A stretch of DNA of 32,000 nt, from the NCBI GenBank assembly GCA_964291305.2, contig OZ219783.1, positions 2,205,460-2,237,459 of the forward strand, read 5' to 3'. The DNA comes from Acidimicrobiales bacterium. GTDB lineage: Bacteria; Actinomycetota; Acidimicrobiia; Acidimicrobiales; CATQHL01. Shown in pieces: positions 27,155 through 32,000 of the stretch. Within the stretch, counting starts at the first letter, position 1. Every line of letters begins with the position of its first letter. The notes below the pieces were generated by a model. The model did no database searches and was not told the origin of the DNA. It worked only from the letters and a program-made list of their open reading frames with translations. The position numbers and the translations under genes were made by a program.

Positions 27155-28533
27155 GCCGCTACCGCCGGCTGGGGCTTCGGCGAAGCTGCGCCAACGACAT
27201 TGACGGCCAGCTGAGCCGCTTGTTGACCGCTGCGCACCGCTCCTTCCATGGTGGCTGGCCAGCCAGTGTCACACCAAGCGCCGGCTAAGAAGACACCCCC
27301 TAGGGCGGTGCGGGCGCTGGCCCGCAGAGCATGGGACCCGGGAATACCAGCGAAGGTGGCCGCCCGCTCGCGAGTCACCATAGATTCGGTGATGCGGGCA
27401 TAGGCGGCGGGCGGAATCAGACGGGCCACCTCGGCTCCGAAGTGCTCCACGAGATCTGCCGAACGGCGCCCGATGTAGCGCTCTGCCGCCGAAAGCGAGA
27501 TCGTGAGACACTGGCGCCCGTCATTCAGACCCCCGGCGGCGGTGTGATCAAAAATGAACTCCACATCGCTGTCTACCCCCGCAGCCAACGGCAACTCTGT
27601 CACTGGGCGGTCATACACCAGGTGTACGTTCACAATCGGCGACGTACCCAGCTGGTTTAGGCGCTCCTGGTTCGCCACGCTGCCTGGCGGCAGCAGCGCA
27701 GCGGCAGCATCGTGCGGCACTGCTAGCACGACCGCGTCGGCCTCCAGCGTCCCGCTGTCGAGTTCGACTACGGGACGCCCCGAGGGCCCGCCGCGCACCC
27801 CCCGTACCGCCGCGCTCGTGCGCACTTCGGCTCCAGCAGCCTCCAAAGCTCGACGAGCGGCATCGCCGTGCAAGACCGACAGCGGCACAGTCGCCCAGCC
27901 GATGTCAGCGGCGTCAGCACGACTCAGCAGCCCGGTTCGAAACACCATGGCCGCCAGCTTCAGCGACGCCTCGGCCGCCGGGACGTTCACCGTCGGCAAA
28001 ACGATTAGATCCCAAAAGGCGGCGATGGTGGCAGCGTCTTGGCCTCGGTCGGCCAGCCAGGCCCCAAAGGTCAACCTGTCGAGGGTGGCATCGTTAGGGT
28101 TCAGTCGGCGTAGCGCTAGCGCGGCACGCATAACAGCCAGCCGGCGTCGGCGGCTCAGATGCGGGTAGGTAGCCACGGCCGCTAGCAGGTGCAGCGGCGC
28201 GGGGCCTGCGGTACGTCTGATGGCCCCGGCCCGCCCACCTGGACGCAACACCGGAACCTCCAGCCGGCGCTGCATACACACATTCCCGCCAGATCCGATC
28301 CGCTCCAGAAATCCCCGGTAAGCCTCGCAGCAGCGCATGAAAACGTGCTGACCATTGTCAAAGGAGATGCCGCGGCGTTCGAAAGACCAGGTGGCCCCGC
28401 CCAGGCGCGGCCGCCGCTCTAGCAGCGTGACCGACGCTGCGCCGTCGACCGCCCAGACGGCAGCAGCCAGGCCGGCGAGGCCCCCGCCGACCACCACGAT
28501 CCGGGCGCCGGCGATGCCAGGCCGCTCTATCAC
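27151..28533 (-). CDS. hpnE: hydroxysqualene dehydroxylase HpnE (FAD-dependent amine-oxidase family)
   Basis: The dinucleotide-binding RIVVVGGGLAGLAAAVWA lies just after the GTG at 28533, which overlaps the hpnD stop (GTGA). This gives 460 aa. The 546-aa track ORF is an extension into hpnD. Confidence 0.87.
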   Translation of the reverse strand: MIERPGIAGARIVVVGGGLAGLAAAVWAVDGAASVTLLERRPRLGGATWSFERRGISFDNGQHVFMRCCEAYRGFLERIGSGGNVCMQRRLEVPVLRPGGRAGAIRRTAGPAPLHLLAAVATYPHLSRRRRLAVMRAALALRRLNPNDATLDRLTFGAWLADRGQDAATIAAFWDLIVLPTVNVPAAEASLKLAAMVFRTGLLSRADAADIGWATVPLSVLHGDAARRALEAAGAEVRTSAAVRGVRGGPSGRPVVELDSGTLEADAVVLAVPHDAAAALLPPGSVANQERLNQLGTSPIVNVHLVYDRPVTELPLAAGVDSDVEFIFDHTAAGGLNDGRQCLTISLSAAERYIGRRSADLVEHFGAEVARLIPPAAYARITESMVTRERAATFAGIPGSHALRASARTALGGVFLAGAWCDTGWPATMEGAVRSGQQAAQLAVNVVGAASPKPQPAVAA

Positions 28534-29438
28534 GGCCGCAGCCCCGCGCCGCTGCGCAGCGCCACTAGGGCCTTCTGAGGCCCGGGGAGGCGGACGCGCA
28601 TGCTGAGCAGCCTCTCGGGATGCGCCAGGATGCGCTGAAGTAGCCGGCGGTAGATGCCCGCCATGGCCGCGGTGCAAGCCCGGCTGCGATGGTCTAAGTG
28701 ATCTAGCAGTAAAAGTCCCCGCTCGAACCAGGTCAAAGCCTGCTCGCCGACATGGCGCACCAGAGCGGCGGTCCCCTCGGTCGGAGCCCACTCTCCGGGC
28801 CGGACACCGAAGCGGGCCCGGTCCTCCTCGGGCAGGTAGATGCGCCCCATTCCGTGGTCCTCGATAATGTCGCGCAACATGTTGGTGAGCTGCAGCGCCA
28901 CGCCCAGTTCGTCGGCCAGGCGAACCGGTTCGCCATCTACGACAACACCCGGGGTAGCCGCTCGGGCACCCTTAGTGCCGAATACCCCCAGGGATAACCG
29001 ACCCACCGATCCGGCCACCAGGCGGCAGTAGCGCACCGTGTCCTCCATGGTCTCATAGCGGGCGCCGATCACGTCCTGTCGGCAACCCTCGACGATCTCG
29101 TGCAGCACGCCCAGCGGGATCGGATAGCGATCGGCGGCGTCGGCGAGAGCTACGAACACGGCATCTGTCGGGTGGGCCAGCTCGCCGGCCTCTAAGGCAC
29201 TAATGGAGGCGTCCAACTCTCCGAGCGATGCCAGCTTGCGGTGGGCCGGCCAGTCGCCGTCACCCACATCGTCGATCCGTCGGGCCATGGCGTAAAGGGC
29301 CGCCATCGACCGGCGCTTGGGCGCCGGCAGCAGGCGAATGCCGTAAGCGAAGTTGCGCGCCTGCGACCAAGTGATCTCCTCGCAGCGGCGATACGCCTGC
29401 TCGGCGGTGAGTGCCGTCACGGAAGGCCCTGGCGTCAC
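28530..29438 (-). CDS. hpnD: presqualene diphosphate synthase HpnD (squalene/phytoene synthase family)
   Basis: AYRRCEEITWSQARNFAYGIRLLP..ALYAMARRIDDVGD...YCRLVAGSVG...NMLRDIIED. The GTG at 29438 overlaps the hpnC stop (GTGA), giving 302 aa. The 458-aa track ORF overlaps hpnC by about 470 nt. Confidence 0.9.
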   Translation of the reverse strand: MTPGPSVTALTAEQAYRRCEEITWSQARNFAYGIRLLPAPKRRSMAALYAMARRIDDVGDGDWPAHRKLASLGELDASISALEAGELAHPTDAVFVALADAADRYPIPLGVLHEIVEGCRQDVIGARYETMEDTVRYCRLVAGSVGRLSLGVFGTKGARAATPGVVVDGEPVRLADELGVALQLTNMLRDIIEDHGMGRIYLPEEDRARFGVRPGEWAPTEGTAALVRHVGEQALTWFERGLLLLDHLDHRSRACTAAMAGIYRRLLQRILAHPERLLSMRVRLPGPQKALVALRSGAGLRP

Positions 29439-30346
29439 GCAGATTGGAAGTACAACGGCAAGAAGCAGCGCAGCAGGCCTCCAGCACCGGCGGTCCGCTT
29501 GGCGCTCAGAACCTCGCATTCCGCCTGCTGAATGGCGTCCAGACCGGCCAGGCCGCCCGCTACAAAGCCAGCAATGGCTAGGCGCGCGAAGCCCCCAAGC
29601 GAAGCCACCAACGTCCTGCCGGGAGCTAACAGTTCCCGCGCCCGGCCACACTCGAATGCCACCAACTCGCGCAGTGGGCCTCCAGCCACTGGAGCTAACA
29701 GGTCGGCAGGCGTGCAGTCGAAACGCTCCATGTCTTCTATTGGCAGATAGAAACGCCCGGCTGCGGCATCCTCGCCCAAATCCTGCAGATGCTCCAGCAC
29801 TTGCAGGCCGCTGCACACGGAATCGGAAGCAGCCCGACGCGGCGCAGTCGACACCTCGAAAATAGCTAACACCAAGCGCCCGACCGGGGTGGCCGACAGC
29901 TCGCAATACTTCATTAGCTCGTCCCAGTCGGCGTAACTGTGCTTGGTCTGGTCTAAGCGGTTGGCTGCCAGCAGCTGGTCAAAAGGTGAGCGTGGGATGT
30001 CGAAGTCGTTGACTGTTACCGCTAGGCGTTTAAACACCGGGTGGCGTGGCGTGCCCTTGTAGAGGCTATCGATCTGCTGATCCAGCCAGTCCAGCGCAAC
30101 TGAGCGGTCACCGGGATACTCATCGCCCAGGTTGTCAACCAGCCGGGCGTAGCCATAGACCGCTTTGAGGTGATTACGCAGCCGACGCGGCAGAACCGCC
30201 AGCGCCACGGGGAAGTTCTCGCCCGAGGCTCGTGCCATGACGGCATCGATGTCGGCGAACCGCTCGATGGCCTCGATGGCCTCATCTGAGATTGGCCTCG
30301 GGCGCTTAGCCGGCCCGACGCCGTTAGAACTCAGTTCGCCGGCCAC
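29435..30346 (-). CDS. hpnC: hydroxysqualene synthase HpnC (squalene/phytoene synthase family)
   Basis: ENFPVALAVLPRRLRNHLKAVYGYARLVDNLGDE..YCELSATPVGRLVL...LQDLGED are typical of HpnC. GTG start with GGAG upstream. It is the first gene of the minus-strand hopanoid operon. Confidence 0.9.
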   Translation of the reverse strand: MAGELSSNGVGPAKRPRPISDEAIEAIERFADIDAVMARASGENFPVALAVLPRRLRNHLKAVYGYARLVDNLGDEYPGDRSVALDWLDQQIDSLYKGTPRHPVFKRLAVTVNDFDIPRSPFDQLLAANRLDQTKHSYADWDELMKYCELSATPVGRLVLAIFEVSTAPRRAASDSVCSGLQVLEHLQDLGEDAAAGRFYLPIEDMERFDCTPADLLAPVAGGPLRELVAFECGRARELLAPGRTLVASLGGFARLAIAGFVAGGLAGLDAIQQAECEVLSAKRTAGAGGLLRCFLPLYFQSA

Positions 30347-30410
30347 GGCTGCTCCAGCTGAACGGGTCGCACCGTTAGGAGCTCCTCTCTACTATTCCGC
30401 GCAGCCTAAA

Positions 30411-30434
30411 GCTACAAAATTACTGATATGTAGC
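30411..30434. promoter_or_regulatory. perfect inverted repeat GCTACA-N12-TGTAGC in the hpnC/MATE divergent intergenic region (candidate operator)
   Basis: GCTACA (30411-30416) and TGTAGC (30429-30434) flank the AT-rich aaattactgata. It sits in the most AT-rich stretch of the 114-nt intergenic region, 27 nt upstream of the MATE TTG and 65 nt upstream of the hpnC GTG. Confidence 0.3.
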
Positions 30435-30460
30435 AAGAACCCTTGGCCCGGAGGTAGCCC

Positions 30461-31801
30461 TTGAGCGCATCCCCGCCCGCCGATGCGGCCGACGCCCGTC
30501 GTGGTTGGGACCGCAAGATCCTCGTCTTGGCGATCCCCGCCTTCGGGGCGCTGGTGTCAGAGCCGTTGTACCTGCTGGTGGACACAGCAGTAGTCGGACA
30601 CTTAGGCACACCACAACTCGGGGGCCTGGCGCTGGCCGGGCAGCTGCTATGGAGTGTCTACGCCTTTTTCATCTTCCTGGCCTACGGCACCACTGCTGCG
30701 GTAGCGCGCCTAGTGGGGGCCGGCCAGGAAGCCGACGCCGCCCGTTGGGGGCTGCAGGCTTTGCTGTTGGCGCTGGTGGTTGGGGTGGCTGCCGGTGGAG
30801 CGCTATACGGCCTGGCGGACCCGCTGCTGGTGCTGCTGGGCGGCGAAGGGGAAGTGCTGGCACAAGCCCGCATCTACCTGCACATAAGCCTGGCCGGGAT
30901 GCCGGCCATGATGATCACCCTGGCTGGCGTGGGCTTTCTGCGGGGCACTCTGGACATGGCCCGCCCACTCAAGGTGGCCGTGTTTACCGCGGCGGGCAAC
31001 CTGATTTTGGAGCTGTTCCTGATCTACGGGTTGGGGTTCGGCATCGGCGCCTCAGCCACCTCGACGGTGATAGCCCAATGGGCTGGCGCGGTGATGTACG
31101 TCTACTGGGTGCTGCGGGCCGCCCGCCCGCATGTAAACAGTTTGCGGCCCGATCCTGCGGTGTTGAGTCGGCTGCTGAGCGCTGGCGGCGCTCTGGCCAC
31201 CCGCACCGGCGCCCTCCAAGGTGCTTTCGTGGTAGCCACTGCGGTTGCCGCCCGCACCGGCCTTGCCGACCTGGGGGCACACCAGATTGTCGACCAACTT
31301 TTCGACTTCACGGCGATAGCGCTGGACGCCCTGGCCATCGCCGCCCAAGGCTTGATCGGCACGCTGCTAGGCGCCGGCGACGCCGCTGGAGCCCGCAGCG
31401 TGGGGCGCCGCGTCAACTGGTGGGGGCTGGTGTTTGGGCTGCTGACAGCGGCTCTGGCGGTGGGGTTGCATCCCGTGCTGCCGCGGCTGTTCAGCAACGA
31501 CGCTGCGGTGGTGTCTTTAGCGGGGTTCCTGATGCTGCACCTAGCGCTGATGCTGCCGATCAACGGCTTGGTCTTCGCCCTCGACGGGGTGTTGATCGGC
31601 GCCGGAGATCTGCGCTACCTGGCCGCCGCCATGGTGGCTGCCACTGGGGTCTTCGTGCCCCTAGCGGTGGGCGTGCGCCTCGCCGATGCTGGCATCGGCT
31701 GGCTTTGGGGAGCACTGGTGGTCTTCATGGTGGCCCGGCTAGCGGGCGTGGGGTTGCGCTTTATAGACGGACGCTGGGTACGCCTCGGGGGTTCTTCATA
31801 A
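30461..31801 (+). CDS. MATE family efflux transporter (DinF-like)
   Basis: 446-aa polytopic protein. ILVLAIPAFGALVSEPLYLLVDTAVVGHLGT is a MATE N-terminal signature. The TTG start has GGAGG 6 nt upstream. Confidence 0.85.
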   Translation: MSASPPADAADARRGWDRKILVLAIPAFGALVSEPLYLLVDTAVVGHLGTPQLGGLALAGQLLWSVYAFFIFLAYGTTAAVARLVGAGQEADAARWGLQALLLALVVGVAAGGALYGLADPLLVLLGGEGEVLAQARIYLHISLAGMPAMMITLAGVGFLRGTLDMARPLKVAVFTAAGNLILELFLIYGLGFGIGASATSTVIAQWAGAVMYVYWVLRAARPHVNSLRPDPAVLSRLLSAGGALATRTGALQGAFVVATAVAARTGLADLGAHQIVDQLFDFTAIALDALAIAAQGLIGTLLGAGDAAGARSVGRRVNWWGLVFGLLTAALAVGLHPVLPRLFSNDAAVVSLAGFLMLHLALMLPINGLVFALDGVLIGAGDLRYLAAAMVAATGVFVPLAVGVRLADAGIGWLWGALVVFMVARLAGVGLRFIDGRWVRLGGSS

Positions 31802-31883
31802 ACCCGTGAGGTTTGAAGTCGAGGTGATCATCGTTTCTACGGTCACATCCTTGCTTCGGCTGGGTTTGGGTAGCGTGAGTGGC

Positions 31884-32000
31884 ATGAGCAGACCGCAAAC
31901 CGAGACAGCTGGGGCGTTGCCTCCGCCGGCTCCTGCTCAGCGCCCCACAATTCAGAAGACGAATAGGCCGCGCTTGTCTACGGTGGCCGGCGTGTTGGCA
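31884..32000 (+). CDS. possible 5' end of a gene (MSRPQTETAGALPPPAPAQRPTIQKTNRPRLSTVAGVLA...), truncated by the window
   Basis: An ATG at 31884 is open to the window end in my translation. There is no recognisable motif and the fragment is too short to judge. Confidence 0.15.
   Translation, partial: MSRPQTETAGALPPPAPAQRPTIQKTNRPRLSTVAGVLA

Noticed and set aside
28530-29906. Apparent 458-aa HpnD and 546-aa HpnE (27151..28791) with long N-terminal extensions, suggesting nested genes, a fusion or a frameshift
   Set aside because: The extensions overlap the upstream gene in another frame and are low in complexity. Conserved N-termini begin exactly at GTG codons that form GTGA overlaps with the upstream stops (29438 and 28533). 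Ordinary translational coupling explains them.
30505-31809. 434-aa ORF in an alternative plus-strand frame covering almost the entire MATE gene
   Set aside because: The product is Arg/Gly/Pro-rich and non-membrane-like. The 30461 frame gives a typical polytopic MATE protein with a GGAGG-TTG start. It is a high-GC frame artefact.

Overview
This is a high-GC, almost fully coding chromosomal segment that looks like a core region of an Actinomycetota genome. The markers are the mycothiol ligase mshC, the phosphatidylinositol-mannoside genes pgsA/patA/pimA and an F420 reductase.

Block A (1-14476) is entirely on the minus strand. It is a 17-gene co-directional train: npdG-mshC-thrS-HIT-membrane protein-pgsA-patA-pimA-degenerate M48 homologue, then pdxS-pdxT-yebC-ruvC-ruvA-ruvB-queA-tgt. 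Many junctions overlap by 1-4 nt.

Block B (14492-20114) holds fabI/inhA-like, a Cys-less thioredoxin-fold protein, class I fumarase, an acyl-CoA synthetase (minus strand) and a 2-hydroxyacid dehydrogenase.

Block C (20143-30346, minus strand) is a hopanoid cluster: hpnC-hpnD-hpnE-polyprenyl synthase-shc-hpnG, then hpnH followed by an orphan solute-binding lipoprotein. A low-GC islet of about 0.8 kb interrupts it on the opposite strand. The islet encodes a TM2-domain protein and an unrecognisable 80-aa protein. A MATE transporter diverges from hpnC.

I found no rRNA, tRNA, CRISPR array, transposase, integrase or recognisable defence genes. I do not see convincing evidence for a complete novel multi-gene system. 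The best leads are:
- the TM2/orphan islet inside the hopanoid cluster
- the orphan binding protein apparently co-transcribed with hpnH
- the catalytically degenerate M48 homologue ending the PIM operon
- the inverted repeat in the hpnC/MATE divergent region

All product calls come from reading the supplied translations and from motif and synteny recollection. No database search was run.
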